Positions 20,870-31,701 are shown, numbered from the stretch's first letter. The stretch: DNA of 64,000 nucleotides from Candidatus Cryptoclostridium obscurum (GCA_904420535.1 CAJFVQ010000027.1:6990-70989); one strand, 5' to 3'. Numbers and translations: made by a program. Notes: generated by a model not told the origin, from the letters alone.

Positions 20870-20904
20870 TAAAAAAGCGCAAGTCTGTTTGGACTTACGC
20901 TTTT
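20870..20904 (-). terminator. Intrinsic terminator just upstream of MFS gene
   Basis: AAAAGCGTAAGTC-CAAACA-GACTTGCGCTTTTTT on minus strand. Confidence 0.7.
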
Positions 20905-20955
20905 CGCTACACAACATTTTATATATCTATTATATCATATTTTCCTCTGGATTTG

Positions 20956-21642
20956 TCAATTATTTTTTTCATTCACTTCAGCGATTTCTATCCCCAAAAA
21001 TCCCGCCAACTCTACAGCCTGGGACGCAGTTACAATGGCGCCTCTTAATTCAGACAATTCCTCCGATACGGTAATATGTTGGAGCGTATTTCCAGTAAAG
21101 TCAACGCCCTTTAGCATTGTTTGAAAAAAGGTACAACCGCTGAAATTCGATTGCTCCAGGTCCATATCCTTAAAACGGCACTGAGAAAAGTAGGCTTCGG
21201 TAAAATCGCATTGAACCATTGCAATATGTTCCCATTGACTTTGGCTAAAATTTCCAAGACGAAACACAGACTCTTCCCATAAAACATGATGAAAAGCACT
21301 ATCAATCATCGATGCTCCCATACCTTTGCATTGAAAGAAACAACAACGCTCGAAAAAACAATGACTCCACCCGGCATTGGAAAAATCACAGTTGCGAAAA
21401 ATTACATCTCGGAAAGCGGCGCCATGACATCGACTACGCGCAAAAGAAAACTTTTCAAAAGCTACTCGTTGAAAACTGCTATAATCCAAGTCGATCATCT
21501 CCGCAAAGCCCTTTTGAAAGTAACCATTGACCAGGCGACCATCATCGGTTTTCAAAAGTTTAGGCAGTTCATCACCGCAAATTGCCGATAGATTTTGCAC
21601 GAATGCAGGCTTGCGCAAAGAGATCTTTTCTTTTTCCCGCAT
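20956..21642 (-). CDS. Pentapeptide repeat protein
   Basis: Repeats such as CDFSNA, CDFTEA, SNFSGC, VDFTGN. Confidence 0.88.
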   Translation of the reverse strand: MREKEKISLRKPAFVQNLSAICGDELPKLLKTDDGRLVNGYFQKGFAEMIDLDYSSFQRVAFEKFSFARSRCHGAAFRDVIFRNCDFSNAGWSHCFFERCCFFQCKGMGASMIDSAFHHVLWEESVFRLGNFSQSQWEHIAMVQCDFTEAYFSQCRFKDMDLEQSNFSGCTFFQTMLKGVDFTGNTLQHITVSEELSELRGAIVTASQAVELAGFLGIEIAEVNEKNN

Positions 21643-23249
21643 CAGCGAATCCTCCCCGGCGTAGTCCCCTCGTGTTTTTTAAAGGCACGATTCATGGTCA
21701 TAACGTTATTGTAGCCTACCTGTTCCGAAATTTCTTTGATGCTTAGATCCTTTCGGCGCATTAACTCTTTGGCAGATTCAATGCGAATCTTTTGCAGATA
21801 CTCCGAAAGACCGATGCCCATCTGCTTTTTAAACACACGGGATAAATAGGAAGGATTCAACTGAAATTTTTCTGCCAACAGCATGACGCTGAGGTCGGGA
21901 TTATGATAGTTTTCTTTTAGATACTCTGCGATCTCTTTAATTCTATCATTGGTGGACGCTTTTTTATCCTCGCTCATATGGGTATTGATTGCCTCAAAAA
22001 TACGGCGGGAACGTCGTTGAAGCTGGGGAATGGATTTACACTCCATCAATAAATTATAGGGACTCAATTCTTTGAAAAAACTATCGTCGATGGACAATCG
22101 AATTTCCCCCAATGCGTTCATTAAAGAATTAACCAAGCCCGACATACGATATTTTGCCACCTGCAAAGAGGGAGCGCTGCTAATGCAATTATTCACAAGG
22201 ATCTTATTGAAAATCAGTTCAGCGTTGGTATAATCGCCCACATGAATACAATTCAAAAATTGGCGCTCCTTCTCAAACCAATAAGCCTCTTCCTGTTCTT
22301 TCTCAGGAGACACAGGCATGTCGTTATAAAACAGAACCTCATTCTCCTCGCCGACAAGCTGCTGGTATTGGCAAGCATCTACTGCCTGTGAAAAGGCTTT
22401 GGCAATTCCAGCGATCCCTGTATTCACACCACTGATACCAATTCGGAAAACACAAGGGAAGTCCCCTTCCACATTGCTAAGGCATTCTTCCGCAAATTGG
22501 TGAACTTCGCGAAAACCATTCTCTTTTCGCAACGATTCACCGTTTACAGGCATTAAAACACAGCCGATAAACGTATCGACCTCCACGGGATACACCAAGT
22601 ATCGCCCCTCTGATTTCAACTGGAGGCATTGCTTCAAATTACGGTAAAGGCTATTCCATTGAGTCGCGGACAGCTCTGAAGTTTCCTCAATAGCAAAGAT
22701 CATCACACGCATCTCAACATGGTTCCAATCGATGCCAAAACGTTTGCCGACCTCGTAAGCACTGTCCACAGAACGCAAATTGCCTTTCATCAAACGAGCA
22801 AGATAGTGCTCCCGCAGAAGACTATCCTGGTAAGCAAGGCGCTCCTCGTCATCAATCGTTGTTTGGTACATTTTTTTTGCCAAATCCTCCAAGGTTTTAA
22901 AAGAACCCTGGGGATCGCTTTGCACCTCATTATCGCGGTCAAGCAAAGCAATGATCTTTCGTAGACGGCGCTTTCGGTTGCGGCTACATTTCCACCATAT
23001 CACTGCGCTTATTGTGGCTGTTATTAAAAAGGAAACCGCGACCACACCCAAAAGCATACCAAAATGGTTGGAAACAGAATTGCCCCAAATGGAGAAAATC
23101 ACTATGATCAGGATTGCCAAAAAAAGTAGGGAACCGATCAAAAGCCACAGTTCCCAGGCAAATTCCGGATAGAGCCATTTTCTACCGCGATGTTGATTTA
23201 TTTTCTCTATTTGATTGTTGCTTAATGAATTTTTCTGATCTATTTGCAT
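21642..23249 (-). CDS. AraC-family transcriptional regulator with N-terminal TM helices
   Basis: C-terminal YLSRVFKKQMG...RIESAKELM...VGY...RAFKK.EG.TPG; two hydrophobic N-terminal segments. Confidence 0.88.
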   Translation of the reverse strand: MQIDQKNSLSNNQIEKINQHRGRKWLYPEFAWELWLLIGSLLFLAILIIVIFSIWGNSVSNHFGMLLGVVAVSFLITATISAVIWWKCSRNRKRRLRKIIALLDRDNEVQSDPQGSFKTLEDLAKKMYQTTIDDEERLAYQDSLLREHYLARLMKGNLRSVDSAYEVGKRFGIDWNHVEMRVMIFAIEETSELSATQWNSLYRNLKQCLQLKSEGRYLVYPVEVDTFIGCVLMPVNGESLRKENGFREVHQFAEECLSNVEGDFPCVFRIGISGVNTGIAGIAKAFSQAVDACQYQQLVGEENEVLFYNDMPVSPEKEQEEAYWFEKERQFLNCIHVGDYTNAELIFNKILVNNCISSAPSLQVAKYRMSGLVNSLMNALGEIRLSIDDSFFKELSPYNLLMECKSIPQLQRRSRRIFEAINTHMSEDKKASTNDRIKEIAEYLKENYHNPDLSVMLLAEKFQLNPSYLSRVFKKQMGIGLSEYLQKIRIESAKELMRRKDLSIKEISEQVGYNNVMTMNRAFKKHEGTTPGRIR

Positions 23250-23290
23250 GTTTTTGATATCCTTCGGAGAGTCATCGTTACTCTACTAAA

Positions 23291-23318
23291 ATTATACTAC
23301 CTCAAACATGATTGTCAA
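23291..23318 (-). promoter_or_regulatory. SigA promoter of AraC gene
   Basis: TTGACA-16-TATAAT. Confidence 0.7.
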
Positions 23319-23561
23319 TAGATTCTTGCTGTGATTTTTATGAAAAATTTACATTTAACCTCGTACTTTGTTAAATTTTCCGTTTCAAAATATCGTTTTA
23401 TTTACCATAGACAATTTTTGACTTTTTTGTTTAGAGTAAAAAAAACGCTATCAATCTAAACAAAAAACCACTGGAAATCTTAACATTTATATTTTAGAAT
23501 GGCAACTGTGAAAAGGGTGAAAAAAGCAAATTTTTCACTATAAGAAAGGGGATTAAAAACT

Positions 23562-24803
23562 ATGGGATTTTATGAAATGCACACTGAAGAAATGCAGAAA
23601 TATCGTTATCTCGATTCTGCAAATACCTTGGATCTGTTCTATGAATTGGATGAAACTTCTAAAAAAATTGCCGAAACCAAAGCCATCGCAGAAGAAAGCT
23701 TCCTTTATAGCCAGATCAAAGAAATCGTAGAAAATTGTTACGATATTGGGAAAATCGAAGAAATCTACGAAATTTTCGGTGGCTATGTAAACCGCAGTTT
23801 CGGTCTTTATACAGTAAAAGACGGAGAAAGACAAACCTGGTTCTTCCGCAAATATATGCGCCATAAAGACATGAACGAGTTAATGCTTGAACACAAACTG
23901 TTAACCTATGCAAAACAGCAAGGATTTACCAGAGGCGCAGTGCCGGAACCCGGGAAAGACGGCAACACCTTCTATTCTCTGGAACAAAAAATGGAAGACG
24001 GCTCAGTGGAAACTTGGTATTTTGCCGTTTATAACTTCATCGAAGGCCGTGCCACTTACGACTGGATCAACAATATGATGCCCCAGTATACCTATGAAAG
24101 CGTTGCCGAATTATTGGCGGAACTTCACAATGCCGTACGCGATTTCGACCCCGAAACTTATGAAAGAGCCGAATCCCGTTGCGACGGTCTGATGAAAGAA
24201 TTCCCCGATGTTTTCAGAGGTTACAGCAAAACTTACGCAGATAACGGTTATGATAACTGCTATACGCAATTCTTCGCTTCCAAATTGGATTATATCGAAG
24301 AGATGTGTAAAAAAGCATATATTCCGGAAGAAGACTTAAAGCAAATGCCTGTTTGCCCCCTGCAGTGCGATTTCCATCCCGGTAACGTGAAGTATGACCG
24401 CAACGGTTATGTAACCGGTATTTATGACTTTGACTGGGCAAAAATGGACATTCGTCTTTTTGAATTCGGTCTCGGCATGGTTTACTTCTTCGCGTCTTGG
24501 GATGCCGATAATGACGGCGAAATCTATCTGGATAGAATCGTAAACTTTGTAAACGTATACAACAAACGTTTGAGAGAACTTGGCGGTTTGGCTCCCATCG
24601 GAGAACTGGAAAAGAAATATTTCTATGAACTGCTCCTCATGGGCAATATGTATTTGGTACGTTGGTGCTCCGAAGCTTATTACAAAGATATGGAATTAAA
24701 TCCCTACGAATATTTCTACTATATGCGCCATCAAGTTAAGAGCATCAAATGGATGGAAGACAACGAAGCGAAAATTCGCGAAGTTTTGGCAACCATCGAA
24801 TAA
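23562..24803 (+). CDS. APH/choline kinase/homoserine kinase II-like phosphotransferase
   Basis: GGYVN, CDFHPGN (Brenner-like), IYDFDW. Confidence 0.85.
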   Translation: MGFYEMHTEEMQKYRYLDSANTLDLFYELDETSKKIAETKAIAEESFLYSQIKEIVENCYDIGKIEEIYEIFGGYVNRSFGLYTVKDGERQTWFFRKYMRHKDMNELMLEHKLLTYAKQQGFTRGAVPEPGKDGNTFYSLEQKMEDGSVETWYFAVYNFIEGRATYDWINNMMPQYTYESVAELLAELHNAVRDFDPETYERAESRCDGLMKEFPDVFRGYSKTYADNGYDNCYTQFFASKLDYIEEMCKKAYIPEEDLKQMPVCPLQCDFHPGNVKYDRNGYVTGIYDFDWAKMDIRLFEFGLGMVYFFASWDADNDGEIYLDRIVNFVNVYNKRLRELGGLAPIGELEKKYFYELLLMGNMYLVRWCSEAYYKDMELNPYEYFYYMRHQVKSIKWMEDNEAKIREVLATIE

Positions 24804-24883
24804 GATACACCAACAAATGTAAGCCACTATATATAACATAATAATATGTTATATTCCTTCCTATAACAGATAAGGGGTTTGGT

Positions 24884-26341
24884 ATGAGACTATTATCCAA
24901 GATCCAGGTTTTAACCGACGACGACATGGAAAAGGTGCATGAAAGCACATTAAAACTTCTTTGGGAAAAAGGCGTCAGCTTTCAAAGCAAAGAAGCGATA
25001 TCACTGCTAAAACACCATGGCGCCACCGTCAATGGAAATAATGTAAGGTTTCCCAATGACATGGTAATGCAGGCTTTGAGTCAGTGTCCCCAAACCTTTC
25101 ATCTGGAAGCATTGAACCCTCAACGCAGTGTTACGGTGGGTGACGGATTATTGATCCACCCTGCCGGCGGCGAGGTATTTATACAAGATTTTGAGGACGG
25201 ACGAAGATCCCCCACCCTGGGGGACTTCGCCGATCTTCAAAAAATTTATCAGGCTTGCAGTGAATTGGATATTGCCGGCTACCAGCCCTTGAGTCCCATT
25301 GACGTTCCGGATCGAACCAAAGGACTCCATTGCGTTCTGGAATCTATGAAGCATTCTGACAAGCCCATTTTAAGTCCCATGGAACTCGATACCGTCGTTC
25401 AAAAAGAGGAATGCCTCAAACTGTTTGAAATTGCCTACGGAAAAGACGGTTATCTCGATAACCATTACGTTACCTGGCACGCTGTGTGCCCCAATTCTCC
25501 CCTGTTTTACTCAGATTTTGCCTGTGAAGGCATTAAAGTATATGCAGAACGAAATCAGCCCGTTTTGGTTGTCTCAGCGCCCATGACGGGAATTACATCT
25601 CCTATCTATCTTTATTCGACTGTCGTTTTGCAAATCGCAGAAATTTTGGCAGGACTCGTTCTGGCACAGCTGTATCGTCCTGGCGTACCTGTAATACCAT
25701 CGGCCTCACTGACCTACGGTAATATGCGTTACGCAAGCTGGGAATGCGCCTGTCCAGACACGGCTTTGATGCTGGTTGCCTCGGTTCAAATGTTTAAAGA
25801 TTTCTATCATCTACCCTCACGGGCGCAAACCGGCGTAACAAGTTCGAAAATCATTGATTATCAGGCCGGAATGGAATCAATCCAAAGTTTTATGTTAACG
25901 GCTTTGGCTGGCGTTTCTCTTTGCAGCCAGTCGTTGGGAACGTTGGAAAACCTTATGACGACATCACTGGAAAAAACCATTATCGACAATGAAATGATTT
26001 CCAGAGTGCGTCATATTCTTGATGGAATGAATACCAGTGAAGAAGCATTAGGAATGGATATTTTAATGGAAGCCAGACCTTGTCAGGATTTCATGACCCA
26101 TCCATCCACACTGGATCATTTGAAAGACGGTTGGCAACCCCAGGTTTCCGATTGGCGTTCTTACGATGCCTGGCAAGCCCAGGGAGCGCCTGAAATTCTC
26201 GACGCGGCCCATACTGAAGTGGAAAAAATCTTATCATCGGCACCGGAAAGCTTTTTACCTCCTGAAATGGAAGAAGCGCTTTCGGAATACATCAGACACG
26301 TTGAAGAAAAAGCGTCTGTTATATCTGCCCATAATAAATAA
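24884..26341 (+). CDS. MttB (trimethylamine methyltransferase) superfamily, non-pyrrolysine member
   Basis: VHESTLKLL..GV.F, NSPL, TGITSP, TSSKIIDYQAGMES; no in-frame TAG. Confidence 0.88.
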   Translation: MRLLSKIQVLTDDDMEKVHESTLKLLWEKGVSFQSKEAISLLKHHGATVNGNNVRFPNDMVMQALSQCPQTFHLEALNPQRSVTVGDGLLIHPAGGEVFIQDFEDGRRSPTLGDFADLQKIYQACSELDIAGYQPLSPIDVPDRTKGLHCVLESMKHSDKPILSPMELDTVVQKEECLKLFEIAYGKDGYLDNHYVTWHAVCPNSPLFYSDFACEGIKVYAERNQPVLVVSAPMTGITSPIYLYSTVVLQIAEILAGLVLAQLYRPGVPVIPSASLTYGNMRYASWECACPDTALMLVASVQMFKDFYHLPSRAQTGVTSSKIIDYQAGMESIQSFMLTALAGVSLCSQSLGTLENLMTTSLEKTIIDNEMISRVRHILDGMNTSEEALGMDILMEARPCQDFMTHPSTLDHLKDGWQPQVSDWRSYDAWQAQGAPEILDAAHTEVEKILSSAPESFLPPEMEEALSEYIRHVEEKASVISAHNK

Positions 26342-26351
26342 GTCCCTATAT

Positions 26352-26394
26352 AAAGAAAAGGCTCCTGTTGTCCCAAACAGGAGTCTTTTCTTTC
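26352..26394. terminator. Bidirectional intrinsic terminator
   Basis: AAAGAAAAGGCTCCTGTT...AACAGGAGTCTTTTCTTT. Confidence 0.8.
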
Positions 26395-26454
26395 TGTCAC
26401 TTTTTAGTGATCCGAACTTAAAAGTGTAGATAAACTTGTAGAACAAAACGATCT

Positions 26455-27216
26455 CTATCTCCGTTGACGCAAAACTTCATAAATCATAACAGCAGCAGCA
26501 GCGGAAGCATTAAGAGAAGATATATGTCCTACCATGGGAATGGTTACTTTAAAATCACATTGTTCCATCAACAAACGGGGAATCCCGCGATCTTCGCCGC
26601 CAATAATCAGTAAGATGGGGCCTTTCATATCCTGATCCCACATAGGCGTACCTTCCATATCGGCACCGTAAACCCATAGCCCCTGATCCTGCAATTGTTT
26701 TGCCGTTTGTGTCAAATTTGCAACCCGCGCCACCGGGACATATTCGGCGGCGCCTGCCGCAACTTTGGCTACAGTGGCATTTAACCCCACGCTGTTATTT
26801 TTGGGAATGATGATACCGTGAACACCGGCGATATCCGCTGTCCGCATAATGGCTCCCAAATTTTGAGGGCTTTCAATTTCCGCCAACATGAGCAGAAAAG
26901 GGTCTTCCCCTCGTTCTTTGGCCGCGTCAATCATCTCGTCAACTTCGGAGTACTCATAACCGGAGATCTCCGCGATTACCCCTTGGTGCTTTCCTGCGAA
27001 CATTTCATCCAATTTGCGGCGGGAAACAGTCGCGATGGGAATCTGAAATTCCTTAGCCTTGGCGACGATCTGGCGGGCAGATCCTTCCAATTTTCCTTCG
27101 GCAAAATAAAGTTTCAGGATGGGACGTCCGGCCTTTATTGCCTCCAACACACCGTTACGTCCTGGGATATAGCGGGTCCCCTCCCCTTTGGTTTCAGATT
27201 TTTTCCCCGACTTCAT
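26455..27216 (-). CDS. rlmB: 23S rRNA (guanosine-2251-2'-O)-methyltransferase
   Basis: GRNGVLEA, HQGV, PQNLGAIMR, SLNASAA. Confidence 0.94.
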   Translation of the reverse strand: MKSGKKSETKGEGTRYIPGRNGVLEAIKAGRPILKLYFAEGKLEGSARQIVAKAKEFQIPIATVSRRKLDEMFAGKHQGVIAEISGYEYSEVDEMIDAAKERGEDPFLLMLAEIESPQNLGAIMRTADIAGVHGIIIPKNNSVGLNATVAKVAAGAAEYVPVARVANLTQTAKQLQDQGLWVYGADMEGTPMWDQDMKGPILLIIGGEDRGIPRLLMEQCDFKVTIPMVGHISSLNASAAAAVMIYEVLRQRR

Positions 27217-27899
27217 GCTCGACTCCTTACGTCTTTACATCGTCCGCAACTGTATTGATCTTCAAAACAAATTCCCAGTGTTCGACAAGTGGGGCCAGCT
27301 TTTTTAAAAAGAACGGGAGCCACGTCGCGAACGAGAGAAAGCATTTTTTCCGCCAAATCGCGAATTTCCCACTGGGCTCGTTGACAGCATCGCAGTTCAA
27401 AGAAGTGCAATAGACTTCTGGCATTCATCGTCACGACCAGGTTGGTCACATTGGCATTGGGTAAAATATAGCGCGCATCTTCTGCCGGGACTTCGGCCGC
27501 CAAGGCGTCGTAGACATCCATAATATCGGCACAAGCCTGTTCAAACTTAGCCTTCAACTCTGGGCGCTCCGCAATGGTAGGCGGGATCACGAATTGGGCA
27601 TTGGCGCCTTTTTCTTTCACATAGCGCTGACTTTTCTGAGAGTAAGAAGCACCGATGCGATGGCGAACCAGTTGGTGCGATAATGCACGGCTAACGCCAT
27701 CAATGGCAAAGGTAAAAGCAATATGTTCCAAAGGCGACTGATGCCCCATGGACATTAATTTTTTCACAAGGCTTTCCGCCTCTCCTTCTTTAAAGTTCTC
27801 CATGATTTCATCTCCGCCCAAGGGAGAATAGCATACTCTTGCCGCTGCAGCGACCAAAGCATCGGGATTCGGCGTGTGAGCCAAAAGTTTCACTTGCAT
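27213..27899 (-). CDS. thyX: FAD-dependent thymidylate synthase
   Basis: GHQSPLEH, SHQLVRHR, SQKSQRY, RAQWEIR. Confidence 0.96.
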   Translation of the reverse strand: MQVKLLAHTPNPDALVAAAARVCYSPLGGDEIMENFKEGEAESLVKKLMSMGHQSPLEHIAFTFAIDGVSRALSHQLVRHRIGASYSQKSQRYVKEKGANAQFVIPPTIAERPELKAKFEQACADIMDVYDALAAEVPAEDARYILPNANVTNLVVTMNARSLLHFFELRCCQRAQWEIRDLAEKMLSLVRDVAPVLFKKAGPTCRTLGICFEDQYSCGRCKDVRSRA

Positions 27900-28312
27900 G
27901 ATTGATTCCTCTCTTCTCTTTCTATCAATGCGAACAAACGGGCAAATACTTCATTTAACCGTTCGGTTCTTCCTGCCAAATACAAAGCACCAACCAAGGC
28001 TTCCACCGCGGTGGATTTGCGATAATCCTGCACGTCGGCATGTTTGGGTTGATGACCTGATTTACTGTTTCTTCCCCGTTTTAGCACCGCTTCTTCCTCT
28101 TCTGAAAGATAAGGAAGAAGTTCATGGTAAAAACGGCTTTGGAACGTGGCCTTTACATATTCTACGGCTTTATGGTGGAGTTCTTCCGGCTTTCGAATTC
28201 CCTGTTTCAATAAATAGCAGCGAATCGCCATTTCATAAACGCCGTCGCCAATATAAGCTAAAGTCAAAGAAGGAAAATTGATGGTGTCGATCCATGAATA
28301 GATGGGATTCAT
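27890..28312 (-). CDS. mrnC: Mini-ribonuclease III
   Basis: LAYIGDGVYE, RGRN, YRKSTAVEALVG; between cysS and rlmB. Confidence 0.92.
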   Translation of the reverse strand: MNPIYSWIDTINFPSLTLAYIGDGVYEMAIRCYLLKQGIRKPEELHHKAVEYVKATFQSRFYHELLPYLSEEEEAVLKRGRNSKSGHQPKHADVQDYRKSTAVEALVGALYLAGRTERLNEVFARLFALIEREERNQSCK

Positions 28313-29757
28313 ATACCGCTCTCCTTCTTCCAACGCGGGCCATCAGGGGTATCCTCAATGACGATCCCGATCTTTTTCAATTCATCACGGATAAAATCTG
28401 CCGTAGTCCAATCTTTTTGGCTGCGGGCACGGCTGCGGATTTCCATCAAGAGGTTCAGTAAATCGTTGCTCATGTCATCGGCCCCTTCCTCTTCTTGTGG
28501 GATAATGACATTCATGACGCCGTTTATTTCGCAAAAAAATGCCAGAACTCCTTTGATTGCAGCCACAGTCTTTTCGCCTCCAACAAAGCCGCTAACGTTG
28601 ATAATGCCGTTTACGTCACGGCACAAATCAAACATACAGGCCAAAGCCAGGGAGGTATTAAAATCATCGTCCATGGCAGCAATAAATTTCTCCCTCGTTT
28701 CCGCCACAAGACGATCCAGCTGTTCCGGAGCGTCGCTGTCTTCTCCGGGATTTTTTCCCAACAATACCGCCTTTTCCTCGGCAATACGGTAAGTGTTCCA
28801 GATGCGATGGAGAGACTTTTCCGCTGCAATCAGTTTTTGATCATCAAAGTCAAGGGGACTTCTGTAATGGGTCGACATCAAATAAAAACGAACCACAGGG
28901 CCGGGGAATTTATCAAGAATGTCCCGGAGAAGGAAAAAGTTCCCCAAAGATTTGGACATTTTTTCCGAATTGATGGTGATAAAACCGTTGTGAATCCAAT
29001 AATGGACCGATTCACAACCGTTACAGCCTTCACTTTGGGCGATCTCATTTTCGTGATGGGGAAAAATCAAATCCGCACCGCCACCGTGGATATCAAAGGT
29101 TTTGCCAAGATATTTTGTAGACATGGCAGAACATTCAATATGCCAACCGGGGCGGCCCTTCCCCCAGGGACTATCCCAAGCAGGTTCTCCGGGTTTTGCG
29201 GCTTTCCATAAGGCGAAGTCCAAAGGATCCCGTTTCTGCTCGCCCACAGCAATTCTGGCTCCCGCCTGCATCTCATCAAGAGAACGACCGGAAAGCTTGC
29301 CGTAAGGGGCAAATTTTCGCACTTCGAAATAGACATCCCCATTGACTTCATAAGCGAGACCGTTATCCATAATGGTCTGTACCATGTCAATGATGTCCTG
29401 CATGTGCTCGGTGACACGGGGATGGACGTCGGCCCGTTTGACACCCAGTCGATCAGCATCCTCGAAGTAAGCTTCAATATATTTCTCCGCCAACTTTTTG
29501 GGGTCCATATTTTCTTCATTGGCGCGGTTGATGATTTTGTCATCCACATCGGTAAAATTTTGCACATAAGTAACATCATAACCGCGATAAGCAAAATAGC
29601 GACGGATCACGTCGAAGGCCACGATAGGACGGGCATTGCCCAGATGGATGTAATTATAAGTCGTGGGACCACAGACGTACATTTTGACTTTGCCTTCTTC
29701 CACCGGAACAAATTCCTCTTTGGCATTATGCAGGGTGTTATAAATTTTAATTGGCAT
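28309..29757 (-). CDS. cysS: Cysteine--tRNA ligase
   Basis: [25 protein letters not shown]. Confidence 0.98.
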   Translation of the reverse strand: MPIKIYNTLHNAKEEFVPVEEGKVKMYVCGPTTYNYIHLGNARPIVAFDVIRRYFAYRGYDVTYVQNFTDVDDKIINRANEENMDPKKLAEKYIEAYFEDADRLGVKRADVHPRVTEHMQDIIDMVQTIMDNGLAYEVNGDVYFEVRKFAPYGKLSGRSLDEMQAGARIAVGEQKRDPLDFALWKAAKPGEPAWDSPWGKGRPGWHIECSAMSTKYLGKTFDIHGGGADLIFPHHENEIAQSEGCNGCESVHYWIHNGFITINSEKMSKSLGNFFLLRDILDKFPGPVVRFYLMSTHYRSPLDFDDQKLIAAEKSLHRIWNTYRIAEEKAVLLGKNPGEDSDAPEQLDRLVAETREKFIAAMDDDFNTSLALACMFDLCRDVNGIINVSGFVGGEKTVAAIKGVLAFFCEINGVMNVIIPQEEEGADDMSNDLLNLLMEIRSRARSQKDWTTADFIRDELKKIGIVIEDTPDGPRWKKESGI

Positions 29758-30394
29758 ACTCTTTCTCCTTTATGATGTTTTCCAGCAGCTCGACCTTTTC
29801 GGACAACTCATTCAGCTTTTCAAAAACAGGGTCATCGCAGCGGCCGTCTTCCACTTCTTCCCCTTCGTTCACACGGCAACCGTCTTTGACTACGATACGG
29901 CCGGGCACCCCAACAACGGTGCAATTGTCGGGGACATCGGCCAAAACTACGGAACCCGCTCCGATTTTTACGTTATTGCCAATGGTAATGGAGCCGAGCA
30001 CAATGGCGTTGGAACTCACGACTACATTATGGCCGATGGTGGGATGACGCTTCCCCTGTTCCTTTCCGGTCCCCCCCAAAACCACACCTTTGTAGAGGGT
30101 GACGTTTTTACCAATTTCCGTCGTTTCCCCAATAACGATGCCCATACCGTGATCAATGAAGAAGCCTTCGGAAATCTTGGCACCGGGATGGATCTCTACC
30201 CCGGTAAAGAAACGATTCCAATGGGCGATCCAACGGGCAATCACCGTCCGACCGTGACGAAAGAACCAATGGGCCAAACGATGGCCCCAAATGGCATGAA
30301 GGCCGGGAGAACAGAGAAAGACCTCCCAGGCCGAAGTTGCGGCGGGATCGCGATCCATGACAGCTTTAATATCTCTTTTTGCACGGTCAAACAT
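29747..30394 (-). CDS. cysE: Serine O-acetyltransferase
   Basis: DPAA, EIHPGA, IDHGMG, KRHPT; start at MFDRAK after GGAGG. Confidence 0.95.
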   Translation of the reverse strand: MFDRAKRDIKAVMDRDPAATSAWEVFLCSPGLHAIWGHRLAHWFFRHGRTVIARWIAHWNRFFTGVEIHPGAKISEGFFIDHGMGIVIGETTEIGKNVTLYKGVVLGGTGKEQGKRHPTIGHNVVVSSNAIVLGSITIGNNVKIGAGSVVLADVPDNCTVVGVPGRIVVKDGCRVNEGEEVEDGRCDDPVFEKLNELSEKVELLENIIKEKEYAN

Positions 30395-30429
30395 CTTTCT
30401 TCCTCCTGTCTCAGCTGATTCGGAACCCT

Positions 30430-30680
30430 GACAAAATAAAAAACCGCCCCGTTCCAGAGACAGGGGTCGGCTGTGGTTCCACTCTGATTTACGGCAAAGC
30501 CGCATCTCGAATCCTTTAACGCAGGTGATACGTCGGCGCCTAAAGGTGAATGAAACCATTCAGCGCCACAGCTCCCAAGTGCACTTCAGAAAAGTCATTG
30601 CCAAAACCGCTTTCAGCCGACGACGGTCTCTCTCTGGGGCGCTTTCTTTCCCTACTTTCTTGTTCAAAGCCTTTTCTTGA
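30430..30680 (-). promoter_or_regulatory. T-box riboswitch (Cys) leader of cysE-cysS
   Basis: AGAGA and GCTGAA stem I motifs, GAAG-TGC specifier (Cys codon), T-box AGAGTGGAACCAC, terminator with T-tract; TTGACA-17-TAAATT promoter upstream. Confidence 0.9.
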
Positions 30681-30823
30681 TTTGTACTTTAATTTACCAA
30701 ATAACCAGACCATTGTCAAGATATTTCCAATTAGAAAATATAGACGAAATCAAAAGCCGATGGTATAATAATGTTATGATTGAAACAAGGAAAAAATCAT
30801 CAAAGTATTTGGGAGGTATGGCC

Positions 30824-31690
30824 ATGATAATGAAATTAAAACGCAAACTATTGCTCCTTACCATGATCTTGACTTGTCTCTGCTTTTTGGCCACAGGCTG
30901 CAATCAAGAAGAGAAAGATACGGCCGCCCCTACGGAAACAAAAGTGGAAGAACCGATTAACGAGGACACCGCCGACGCCGATATCACCAAAGAGGAAGCT
31001 CAGGCCTTTTTTGAAGAGATCACAGACAGTGTTTACTATCACTTGTTGGAAATACCCGTTGATGACCTTCAAACAGGGATCCAGCCTTATTATTGGATCT
31101 GGATCGCCGCACCGGAGCAGGAAGCGGTTTTGGACGATTTCACGGAACCTTACATCACTCAGGAAGAGATCAATACATACCGCAGCGACGGCGGCCAGCT
31201 GTCCTACGCGGCATATTCCAAAAGCGATGTCCAGGAAGGCCTGGATCACATTTGGGGAACGGAAACCGTCACCTGGGAAGAAGCTGTGGGACAGCAAGAA
31301 CCCCCCATGATTATTGAAACCGATAAATATCTGCTGGTAGCGCAGGGATTCGGCGGGCCTTATGATATGCAGTTTTATCAAATCAAAGATGTCACTTGTG
31401 ACGGCACAGCAGCAGTCGTCCATGTTTATGCCTTAGAGTGGGACGTAGACAATACAGTTGTAGATCTCTCCGACAGAGCCGTTTCCAGAACTACTGAGGA
31501 ATCCGGTGCCCGTATGACATATTATGATTACGGCATCTTGGGGACATTGGCATACCAAGAAGGTGCCACAGTGGAAAGCCTTTTAAATAATTTGGGCGTT
31601 TCCCTCGATTCCCTCGGCACCGTTGATTTCCATCTGGAAAAAGACGAAAATGGTGATGTTTACCTCACAGAAATCCAATGCAGTCACTGA
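30824..31690 (+). CDS. Hypothetical acidic lipoprotein
   Basis: LATGC lipobox, GGAGG RBS, TAGACG-17-TATAAT promoter upstream. Confidence 0.75.
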   Translation: MIMKLKRKLLLLTMILTCLCFLATGCNQEEKDTAAPTETKVEEPINEDTADADITKEEAQAFFEEITDSVYYHLLEIPVDDLQTGIQPYYWIWIAAPEQEAVLDDFTEPYITQEEINTYRSDGGQLSYAAYSKSDVQEGLDHIWGTETVTWEEAVGQQEPPMIIETDKYLLVAQGFGGPYDMQFYQIKDVTCDGTAAVVHVYALEWDVDNTVVDLSDRAVSRTTEESGARMTYYDYGILGTLAYQEGATVESLLNNLGVSLDSLGTVDFHLEKDENGDVYLTEIQCSH

Positions 31691-31701
31691 GTATTCCAAC
31701 C

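Noticed and set aside
24884-26341. Pyrrolysine-containing MttB
   Set aside because: The ORF is full length with no in-frame TAG and no pyl genes in the window
28495-29211. Long antisense ORFs (also 8192-8872, 43705-44400, 51250-52131)
   Set aside because: Shadow ORFs opposite well-conserved genes with no recognisable motifs
30395-30559. N-terminal extension of CysE in the ORF track
   Set aside because: It overlaps the T-box leader; the real start with RBS is at 30394
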